Origin: Octopus sinensis | Taxonomy: Eukaryota | Direction of reading: 5' to 3' | Assembly: GCF_006345805.1 (NCBI RefSeq) | Contig: NW_021827165.1 | Span: 1-10,879, forward strand | Length of the DNA stretch: 10,879 nucleotides | Shown: piece after piece, positions 1 to 8,115 of the stretch | Numbering within the stretch: position 1 is the stretch's first letter | Layout of the letters: every line of letters starts with the position of its first letter | Made by a program: the position numbers and the translations under genes | Notes under the pieces: generated by a model | Databases searched by the model: none | What the model saw: the letters and a program-made list of their open reading frames with translations, nothing else | Told to the model about the DNA's origin: nothing

Positions 1-119
1 CATTTAATATTCAATTCAAGCAGTATTTTTTTATCATGTGTCCATGCTTCAGTGAACAGTCAGCAACAAAGCATATCCTTCTTCCTCTACCTCTCCTCCT
101 GCTCCCTCTTTTTCTCCTT

Positions 120-120
<1 letters not shown>

Positions 121-178
<58 letters not shown>

Positions 179-201
179 GCTAGCTAGCTTTCTCGTTATG
201 C

Positions 202-282
<81 letters not shown>

Positions 283-290
283 CATCTATC
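121..290. repeat. Compound microsatellite (TATC)n-(TAGC)n-(CA)n-(TA)n
   Basis: Read directly: (TATC)n 121-177, (TAGC)n to ~189, (CA)n ~201-267, (TA)n ~266-283. Confidence 0.97.
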
Positions 291-460
291 AATCTATAAA
301 CGTACAAAGAACCGCACGTATATGTACGTATATTTAGGTATGCGCATGTATAAGCATATATTCAATTTGATGTACACACACACAGACACAAACGTACACA
401 CTTTTACATATATACGATATATATTTATATAGATATAGATACACACACATACATATAGTA

Positions 461-652
461 AAACCGAAAGAAGAACAAACTAAAAAAACGACAACTCGAG
501 GACTTGGTACATGTAAATTAGTATCAGACGCCTAATGAAGGAAAGAAAGATCGTTTAACGTTTCGTGCAATGCCCTTCTTCAGAAACAGAGGAAAAGTCC
601 AATAGAAGAGAAGATGGAGGTATAAAATCGCTAACGATTCATATATGGTACA
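461..652 (-). mobile_element. Hammerhead-containing repeat fragment, probably a PLE pseudo-LTR or non-autonomous derivative
   Basis: Contains the hammerhead motif at 552-588 (-) and abuts a TA/CA microsatellite at ~400-458. It resembles a repeat I recall from octopus DNA (not verified). Both boundaries are approximate. Confidence 0.5.
552..588 (-). ncRNA. Minimal type I hammerhead ribozyme motif (PLE type)
   Basis: Minus strand reads TGTTT-CTGAAGA-A-GGGC-ATT-GCAC-GAAAC-GTT-AAACG. Core CUGANGA is 583-577 and GAAA is 564-561. Stem I is UGUUU/AAACG. Stem II is GGGC/GCAC with one mismatch. Stem III is the loopless palindrome ACGU. The predicted cleavage triplet is GUU (559-557). Confidence 0.7.
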
Positions 653-654
653 TA

Positions 655-1380
655 TTTAGTTCTATTACTAATAAAAGGAGCACTAAGTTTATCCAGTTTA
701 ACATTCCTAGTTTTTATTCATCCATCAACCCAATAGTACTTAAAAAGGCCCTCTGGCATGCTCATAAAGCTGCTCTCACCAGGGAAGGAATTAATGTTGT
801 GTTGGCCGCCAGAATATCTATCATAAACTTTGACAATACGTTGTGGGTCCGTAAAGATGGTTTTGATGTTACAATGGGAAGTTCCGATTCAGCACAAGCA
901 GCTGATTTAGTCTGTATATATATACTTCTTGAAATGACAGAAGAGTTTGCAAACATAAATGGAGATCTATATAGCGATGATTGTTTACTTTACCTTCAAA
1001 ATGTTTCCAACCTAAAAGTACAAAAATTTAAGAATAGTCTAGTTAATTTGTATTCATTAGAATGGGCGTAAACATCATTTTTGATGACGCTGTAACAAAG
1101 GCCAACTTTTTCGATATTACACTTAGCTTACACATTAATTCTTACTTCCTATACCACAAACTATCGACCAACCTTAAATATATTAGAAAATTCAGTAATC
1201 AATCTAGGGTAATTACTAGGAACTTAGTTAAGAATATTTCATTTAGATTGTCTAAGTTATCTGCTAGTGTTGACATTTTCAATGATAAGGTCGAAATTTA
1301 TAGCTCTGCCTTATTTAACGCAGGTTATACGGAGAAAGTTACCTACATTATTGCCATTCAATCTTATTCTACCTTTACTA
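655..1380 (+). pseudogene. PLE reverse transcriptase remnant (frameshift near 1060)
   Basis: Motif A-like KFIQFNIPSFYSSI (685-726; the expected catalytic D reads N). Motif B FDVTMGSSDSAQAADLV (862-912). Motif C LYSDDCL (967-987). After the frameshift: NFFDITLSL, YIRKFSNQ, RLSKLS and YSSALFNAGY, matching the PLE FLDVTL / SNHP / RLS.LS / Y..AL..aGY pattern as I recall it. Confidence 0.9.
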
Positions 1381-1876
1381 ATAGAGATATGAAATATAGT
1401 TGTAAGGATATAAACGATTTCAATTTTAATTTATACGCCAATACCAGAGGAAGTGCGATAAACCTTATTTAATCCCCTATTTTCGTTCTAAAGGTAAATT
1501 TCTTTCTTTCAAAGATAGTTACACTAAAAATAAAGTAACTAATAGTAAAACCATTTGGTTACTTATTCCTTATGGGAGACAAATTAAACCTAATCTTCCT
1601 TTTCAGTTTCGTGAAGCTATTAGGAATTTCCAAAGAATTCTAGGTATTAATCTATCAGCTCACACACGGTTAGGGTTGTTTTTTTCCAACATAAAATCTC
1701 TTACAAATTATCTCTTCACATAATATTAGCCTGTTAAATAGTGATAGATGTACTAATACTAACATTAATTTAGCTAATACCATCCATCCCCCTAGAAATA
1801 TTTATAACTAGGTTATAGTATCTGACGTCAATTACAACAGAATAAAGTTTGTCAAGTAACTCTAAAATTAAAAAAA

Positions 1877-2244
1877 ATTATATACCAGTGTAAAATTACT
1901 TCTGGTAATGAAGTATTTTTTAATATAGGCAGTTCATCATCTCAGTTATCTAAAAGAATGTCTAATCATTACTCTACGTTTAGGAATATGAATAAACGTA
2001 ACAGTACAGGGCTTAGTAAATTAATTTGGTAACTAAAAGATCACAGTAAAAATTTAATTTAGACTGGTTGATTCTCACAATTTCGATACCTTATTATAGA
2101 GGCAAGATATTCTGTCTTCGCTGTAATTCTGAACTATTTGTTATTTATTTTATTTCTAATAATCTTCTTGTAAACACGGTTACAGAGTGTGCATACCGTT
2201 GTAAACATTGGTAGAAATACACATTTAGTTGTTCATTTAAGTGA
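1877..2244 (+). pseudogene. GIY-YIG endonuclease remnant of the PLE
   Basis: From 1877: IIYQCKITSGNEVFFNIGSSSSQLSKRMSNHYSTFRNMNKRNSTGLSKLIW*LKDH (stop at 2030-2032). After a frameshift at ~2060: DWLILTISIPYYRGKIFCLRCNSELFVIYFISNNLLVNTVTECAYRCKHW*KYTFSCSFK* (stops at 2212-2214 and 2242-2244). It retains IY...(Y>N)IG, the conserved R, H, CxxC, E, N and the terminal CxH. Confidence 0.85.
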
Positions 2245-2251
2245 TATCTAT

Positions 2252-2287
2252 CATTATATATAATTTAAACATTATATATAATTTAAA
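2252..2287. repeat. Perfect 18-bp tandem duplication CATTATATATAATTTAAA x2
   Basis: Copies at 2252-2269 and 2270-2287, bracketed by AGTGATATCT at 2240-2249 and 2290-2299. Confidence 0.95.
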
Positions 2288-2361
2288 CTAGTGATATCTT
2301 CGAAACATGTGTCGAAAGTAAAGGAATTTGAATATCACCTGCGTTTAAGTCCATTTTTTTT

Positions 2362-2484
2362 ATATCTATATATATATATATATATATAATGCCAAATATT
2401 TCACGTAACCCGCAGTTTTCTACCTTTAAATCAAGGAGTTACAACCTTTTTATTTGTGTGTTTTTTTGTTACACTGCTATATAC

Positions 2485-2535
<51 letters not shown>

Positions 2536-2586
2536 CTATATACATATATATATATATATAACTCCATCTATCGTTTATATATATAT

Positions 2587-2617
<31 letters not shown>

Positions 2618-2707
2618 GCGTATATGTATCAAAATATGTGTGCGTGTTTGGACTACAAATTCTATAGTGCCACATGTTTCTCATGTAGCGTAGAAGTAAT
2701 ACATGAT

Positions 2708-2750
<43 letters not shown>

Positions 2751-2753
2751 GTG

Positions 2754-2803
<50 letters not shown>

Positions 2804-2820
2804 TGTGAGTGTGTGTGTTT
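2362..2820. repeat. Microsatellite cluster (TA)n, (TATC)n, (TG)n
   Basis: (TA)n 2362-2388, (TATC)n ~2486-2536, TA-rich 2537-2620 and 2705-2747, (TG)n ~2750-2818. Confidence 0.95.
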
Positions 2821-3344
2821 GTATATAGGAAATACTTTCAGGGTAACTTATTCTTTTCTTTCCTGATTCCCAGAATTTAAACCTAAAAGTTATTCATCAT
2901 TTTGAATGTCATAGCAGTCGATTCTTGTCAGGTTATTCCTTTCTAGACACAAGATTGTCTACGCTTCATTTCACCTACTATTTCACGCTTGAAATCCATT
3001 GCATAGCAAATAATATTCTCGATTGTTTTCGTCATGTCACCGTATTGTATTTGAGACATATTTTCTCCGAGCTTCTTCAATCGTATGTCTACACTATTCC
3101 ATATTGTGCAAACGGTAGCAATTTCCTCGGTTTATTGAAAGGTTAGCATTACATAACTTTTATTAGACAAAGTGCAATCTAACAAAAATTACTTAATGTA
3201 CTGCGGCGGGTAACCTTTCAAATATTTATTAGCTTATATCTTTGCTATTCGCTGTTGTCATTTCGTAGATATTATTAGCGTTACTGCGTAGCTTTCGGCG
3301 CAGTTGGTGCAAAGATAAAGAATGGTAGTTCAATTCAGCCTCCT

Positions 3345-3422
3345 TCACCACATCATCACACATCATCATCATCATCATTATCATCGTTATCATCATCAGT
3401 TCCATCATCATCCCCGTCGTCG

Positions 3423-3468
<46 letters not shown>

Positions 3469-3660
3469 TACCATCATCATTATCATCATCATTATTATCA
3501 TAATCTCCGTCATCGTCAACATCATCATCATCATCATCATCATTATCATCATCATTATCATCATCATTACCACCATCATCTCCGTCGTCGTCGTCATCAT
3601 CATCATCAACATCATCATCATCATCATCATCATTACTATCATCATCTCCGTCGTCGTCAG

Positions 3661-3692
<32 letters not shown>

Positions 3693-3730
3693 GAAGCAGT
3701 AGCAGCATCATAAATGTAGTCGTCATCGTT
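3345..3730. repeat. Imperfect (CAT)n trinucleotide array with CGT/TAT variants
   Basis: Read directly. It accounts for the poly-His ORF (3322-3702 +) and the poly-Met ORF (3229-3726 -). Confidence 0.97.
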
Positions 3731-3789
3731 GTCTTCGCTTCCTATTCAGCATCCTCATATTATCTCCTTATCCTTCTCCTCATCACCGT

Positions 3790-4035
3790 CGTTTTTGTCG
3801 TTGTTGGTGTTGTTGTTCCCCTTCTTCTTCGCCTTCTCCACTTTCTTCGTTGTCTTCTCTCATTCACACATAAGCACGCACACACACACTCACACAGGAA
3901 CACGAACACACACAAACGCGAACACTCATTCCCAAATACAGACTCATACGCAATAACACACACACTCACACACACACAAGCACATGCGCGCACACAAACA
4001 CGCACACGCGCACTCACACACACAAACACAATCAC
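3790..4035. repeat. Low-complexity GTT/CTT tract followed by a degenerate (CA)n tract
   Basis: GTT/CTT triplets at ~3790-3860; CA/CG-rich dinucleotide tract at ~3865-4035. Confidence 0.9.
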
Positions 4036-4273
4036 TATTCCAAAGCTCTCTCTCATTACAAGCTGCCTCTGTCACATTGATGCTTTAACCGTTGTATTAA
4101 TTAGTATTACAAGACAAACAACCATCTCTTTGTACATAGAGAACTCCAAATCAATGCTGGAACTTATATAAATAATACAAACATCATTGCAGGTAACACA
4201 CAATCATACCAATGAAATCAATACCAGAGTTGGCTTAGTAAAGAGGACGCTTTAAGCCGACTTTGATACCTAG

Positions 4274-4800
4274 ATAGGTTTCGGCCAGAATTAGCTTAGG
4301 CCGTGACTAACTTAATAGCGCAGGAGAAAAATTAACGAAGGGCAATAATATCATACCATGCAAAGAAACGGAGATAATTTTATCAAACACAGACATACAT
4401 GCATATACTAGGAAATCAATAAAATAGACAATGTACAGCATATAAATTGAAAACACGAATAAGAAGAGGTATTATAGATGCATTAGATTAATACTGAAGA
4501 CAGAGCTGAATGCACAGAAATATGGTGTTATGGGTATCAATATTTAAGCTACCCAAATGATGATTTACATTTGTATTATTCACAAATGTAAAGTAAAAGA
4601 CGTAGGTAGACTAGACAGGAAATCAAATAAAGATACGAACTGCATTTAGAATTACTGCACACAAATTCTGATACTGAGGGGGTCTTGTGTCGATGTAATA
4701 CAAGACGTTATGGGTCGTGTGTAAATGAAAATGTATTGAAAAAGTAACCGTTGTAGAATTAAACTAAATACGTGGAAAATCGATGCAAAAGATACAGACA
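4274..4800 (+). mobile_element. Decayed R4/Dong-like non-LTR retrotransposon fragment (end of RT and thumb)
   Basis: From 4464: KRYYRCIRLILKTELNAQKYGVMGINI*ATQMMIYICIIHKCKVKDVGRLDRKS, matching the recalled R4-clade pattern keY.rRvr.ILK.ELNa.Nk..aIN.lA.pv..Y.f.ii.W....l.rLDRK. Upstream are IGFGQN (~4274, FGLDK-like) and YMHILG / INKIDNVQH (~4396-4441, YKYLGI.E...qH-like). Downstream is LHTNSDTE (~4655, HHPKADT-like). Multiple frameshifts and stops. Confidence 0.7.
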
Positions 4801-4824
4801 GGGAAATAGAAATCAAAACATGAC

Positions 4825-4921
4825 AATAAAAACAACAACAACAACAATATGAATAGCACGAATAACAAGAATAATAACAAGAACAGCGATAACAAAAATA
4901 ATAATAAGAATAAGAATAACG

Positions 4922-4996
<75 letters not shown>

Positions 4997-5003
4997 TAAT
5001 AAT
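4825..5003. repeat. (AAT)n microsatellite with AAC/AAG variants
   Basis: Read directly. It accounts for the poly-Asn/Ile ORF (4849-5031) and the poly-Tyr/Leu ORF (4652-5017). Confidence 0.97.
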
Positions 5004-5029
5004 AAGCTACTTACCACACAGCCACTCCT
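5004..5029 (-). mobile_element. Isolated 5' head of the adjacent SINE family, containing the A box
   Basis: Minus strand reads AGGAGTGGCTGTGTGGTAAGTAGCTT with the A-box-like TGGCTGTGTGG (5024-5014). Bases 5004-5020 are identical to 5192-5208. Confidence 0.8.
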
Positions 5030-5057
5030 AGGCCTATATATATATATAATATATGTA

Positions 5058-5208
5058 TACGACGGGCTTCATTTATTTCCCGTCTACCAACTCCATTCGC
5101 AAGGCTTTGGTGGGCCCGAGGCTATAGTAGAGGACACATGCCCAAGCTGCCACGCAGTGGGACTGAACCCGGAACCATGTGATTCGTAAGCAAGCTACTT
5201 ACCACACA
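5058..5208 (-). mobile_element. tRNA-derived SINE (CORE-SINE-like, octopus OR-type), missing its first ~9 nt
   Basis: Minus strand: TGTGTGGTAAGTAGCTT..., B box GGTTCAGTCCC (5169-5159), then GCGTGGCAGCTTGGGCATGTGTCCTC resembling the CORE CCTTGGGCAAGT motif, ending GAAGCCCGTCGTA plus a TA tail. Family assignment is from memory. Confidence 0.85.
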
Positions 5209-5714
5209 TTATAATAATGATGAAAATGATGATGGCAACGACGATAATGAAGACCAAGATAAAGGAGGAGAGTTGCCAAAATAAAATTAATAATTTATAA
5301 TAATATCCACAGACAACCTTAGTTTATTTAGTAATTAATGAGCTAAAGCAGAGTATAAAATTTTACAAATGGAACAAAAGTTTACCAAGATATATTATAT
5401 CCTCGTTAAATAAATAAACGAAACTTATCTCAAAGATAAAACAGCAGGTATTCATAGTCAAAATTTCCTAGTAATAGGTTATTGTTATAATATTCTCACC
5501 AGGAGACTAAATGAATTAGCAAAGCTGTATGGGAGAAGAGAAATAATGAAAGTATTTTTATATAACAGACCACAGAGACACCGACTGACTCTAAAATGTA
5601 TTTACCCGTCAATACAGGGTTTTACAGAGTTACTGTTGCTTTATCGTTTTATGATATTTATTGTGTCATTATAAATTATCTCCTAAGAAATATTCAAACG
5701 TATGCACACATCAT

Positions 5715-5899
5715 ATACACACACACACAACACACACACACACATATATTATTATGTAGTATATATATATATATATTATATAATATAATATCTATATACA
5801 GTCATATATATATATATATATATGAGTCTCTGTGATATATTTGTGCGCACGCGTGTGTGTCTATGTTTGTGTATGTATTTATATATATGCACAAACAAC

Positions 5900-5978
<79 letters not shown>

Positions 5979-6105
5979 ACATATATATTCACACTAAATA
6001 TATATGTGCGTGTCTCTATGATTGCATATGTATGTGTGAACGAGTGTACATACATAGGCATGTAGGCGAGTAGGTAGATAGATAGAGATAGATTGATAGA
6101 TAGAA
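5715..6105. repeat. Compound (CA)n/(TA)n/(TG)n/(GATA)n microsatellite region
   Basis: Read directly; source of the YI-repeat ORFs at 5596-6121. Confidence 0.95.
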
Positions 6106-6306
6106 TTGTGAATTTACACACGAAAAAAAGTAGCGCACACGTTGTTTATAGGCAGTTCATCAGAATTCATATTTAAATTCTTTTTTAGAAAAGGAGAATG
6201 GAAATATAATTTTTTTTTTTGTCTCTGCATCCTTCTAAATTGAAAAGGAGTGTTTCCATGTTTGTACAAACTTAGGTACACTAATGGTAATAAATAGGAA
6301 GACCAA

Positions 6307-6830
6307 GTAACTACAGAATTTGGATTCTGTATCCAAACCACCGAGCAGAGGAATAAATTTTGGGACCTCGTGAGTACGAAATTAACATAGTCATTTGAAC
6401 ATGTGAAAATAGACAATAGAATTCTTTATGATGAAACGTGGCATGAAATCGAGAAAATGCCTTTAGAGAGAAAAATATTATTATAACCACATAGCTGAAA
6501 TACTTAATATACAGAAATTATTACTGACATGTACAACAGAAAGAGAACTTGTAAATTTCAATAACATGCAAAAGCAAACAAAGCCTGGTACATGAATCTG
6601 CTCTCAACTATACAGAGGAATCACTTGATATCCATAGGTCTATAGGGCTACTAAAATATTAATATTAGCTCTAATAAAACCAGTATGCCAAGCATTGAGA
6701 TTTCAGTTATATTGCACACACATGCAATAGAGAAATTAATGCGACTAGGTACATGTTGCGTGGAAAACTCCGAAGATTTGTTCTTAATACAAAAATCAAA
6801 TCAAATACTGGAGAGGTTCAAAGCACATAG
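6307..6830 (+). pseudogene. Heavily decayed RT remnant, probably RTE-clade LINE
   Basis: All in one stop-riddled frame and in RT order: EFGFC..TTE (6316; QFGF..STTD-like), HVKIDNRILYDETWHEI (6400; HMVFIDLEKAYDRVPREV spacing), EIITDMY (6514), ISIGL*G (6628; IGLHQG-like), EDLFLI (~6772; DDIVLI-like). Each match alone is weak. Confidence 0.45.
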
Positions 6831-6920
6831 AAGTGTAATTAGTTGTTGATGAAAAACATCCAATTAATGCTAGACCTACTAACATGGTTATTGCTAATAT
6901 TGATGAAAAATAAAAGCGTA

Positions 6921-7140
6921 GGGCGGAGAGCTGGTAGAACCGACAGCACGCCAGCTACAAATGCTTAGCGGCATTTCATCCGTCTTATCGTTCTGAATTC
7001 AAATTTTATAGAGGTCGACTTTAGCTTTCATCTCTTCCAGGGTCGATAAAGTAAGTACCAGTTGAACTCGGAGTTTAATATAACTGACGTAACATTCTCC
7101 CGAGATATTGCTGGCTTTGTACCAAAAAAATTGATTCCAA
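6921..7140 (+). mobile_element. tRNA-derived SINE, full-length diverged copy
   Basis: Head GGCGGAGAGCTGGTAGAACCGACAGCACG, B-box-like GTTCTGAATTCAAATT, central domain GAGGTCGACTTTAGCTTTCATC...GGGTCGATAAAGTAAGTACCAG, tail TTGCTGGCTTTGTACCAAAA. Homologous to the reverse complement of 8116-8347 over roughly 165 nt (about 70% by eye). Confidence 0.85.
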
Positions 7141-7190
7141 CGTTGATCCAAAGCCTGACATTTTGTGAGAGATAATAATTATGTCAGACC

Positions 7191-7260
7191 GAATACTTGA
7201 CTCGTAATTAAAATTATCGACCCCCCGAAACGTCGGAAGCAAAGTTTATCTTGGTGGGAT
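7191..7260 (-). mobile_element. Decayed SINE central-domain fragment
   Basis: TACTTGACTCGTAATTAAAATTATCGACCCCCCGAAA...GCAAAGT resembles ACTGGTACTTAATTT..CGACCCCGAAAGGATGAAAGGCAAAGT in the copies at 7934-8347. Confidence 0.6.
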
Positions 7261-7751
7261 GCTACTAAACGTCACTGTAATGTGTCGTCATTTTGAAGGG
7301 TCTCCGTGCTTCCGCTTTTTACGAGGTCGTTCTATCGATGTTCGCTATAATCACAAATGACAGTAACATGAACAACAACTGCAATGGCAACATAAACTGA
7401 CAGCTAAATTATCACACAATTTCTAATTGTTGTGAACAGGTGGACGATGTTTATGAAGATTCATTTGTAAATACAATATTAACAAGATGCAAAAAATATA
7501 CAACGGTACTCGAAAGTCTAAGATAGTGAAAACTTGGTATAAGCTCTCTCTCTCTCACTATTAGTGTTATTTGTTATACAGATGTACTAGCAGACTTGCT
7601 ATGATGTAGTATACGTACTGAATCGATTATAACCGCCAACAAAATGCACCTCTTTCAACTGATTAAAAATATTTAAGAAATAAAAATGCAAATAATGCAT
7701 GTTCATCATGGCCTGGTGGATTTGGTAGAGGAAGCTGAAAGAAGACCATTG

Positions 7752-7833
7752 CATATATATATATATTATATATAATATGCATATATATATATATATATAT
7801 AATATAACATATATACATATATATATATATACA

Positions 7834-7884
<51 letters not shown>

Positions 7885-7933
7885 ATATATATGTATGTAT
7901 ATATGTATGTATGTATGTGGGTATATATATATA
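7752..7933. repeat. (TA)n/(TATG)n microsatellite
   Basis: Read directly. Confidence 0.97.
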
Positions 7934-8115
7934 TGTCTTTATTGCCCACAGGGGGCTAAACATAGAGGGGACAAGCAATGGCACACAAAGGTATTAAGTC
8001 TATTATATCGATCCCAGTGCGTAACTGGTACATATTTGATCGACCCCGAAAGGATGAAAGGCAAAGTCAACCTCGACAGAATTTGAATTCAGAACGTATC
8101 GGCAGACGAAATACC
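7934..8115 (-). mobile_element. tRNA-derived SINE, 5'-truncated second unit of a tandem pair
   Basis: On the minus strand it begins at GGTATTTCGTCTGCC and lacks the A box. It is collinear with 8116-8299 at an offset of 184 bp (CCCACA 7945/8129; GAAATACC 8108/8292). Confidence 0.9.

Larger units (their letters stand above)
655..2365 (+). mobile_element. Penelope-like retroelement (RT + C-terminal GIY-YIG), 5'-truncated and inactive; possibly Hydra-clade-like
   Basis: Collinear motifs across several frames: RT motifs at 688-981, thumb at 1062-1380, linker KTIWLLIPY (1547-1573) and V-R-V-V-F-S-N...IISSHN (~1666-1725), and GIY-YIG at 1877-2244. A short 3' segment follows and ends in (TA)n at ~2362. 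Confidence 0.9.

Noticed and set aside
565-1071. 168-aa ORF as an intact CDS
   Set aside because: It starts at GTG inside the antisense hammerhead repeat, the RT lacks its N-terminus, the motif A Asp is Asn, and the frame shifts near 1060. It is a pseudogene fragment.
2288-2313. Second hammerhead-like string CTAGTGA-TATCTTC-GAAAC-ATGT-GTC at the PLE 3' end
   Set aside because: The core is CTAGTGA rather than CTGANGA, and no stem I or stem II pairing is evident. At most it is a decayed motif and would need the family consensus to judge.
2389-2719. ORFs rich in YI/IYLS repeats here and at 5596-6121, 7599-7984 and 10031-10813
   Set aside because: (TA)n, (TATC)n and (CA)n tracts lack stops in some frames, so these ORFs are artefacts.
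3135-3221. 11-bp inverted repeat TTGAAAGGTTA / TAACCTTTCAA around a 65-bp spacer (possible MITE)
   Set aside because: Short and AT-rich, with no clear target-site duplication and no second copy in the window.
3229-3726. Poly-Met ORF (-) and poly-His ORF (3322-3702, +)
   Set aside because: Both are translations of the (CAT)n array; there is no domain or other evidence of coding.
4564-4592. 11-bp perfect hairpin TTTACATTTGT / ACAAATGTAAA
   Set aside because: AT-rich, lies inside the LINE fossil, and lacks Helitron-end or terminator context.
4652-5031. Poly-Tyr/Leu and poly-Asn/Ile ORFs
   Set aside because: They are translations of the (AAT)n microsatellite.
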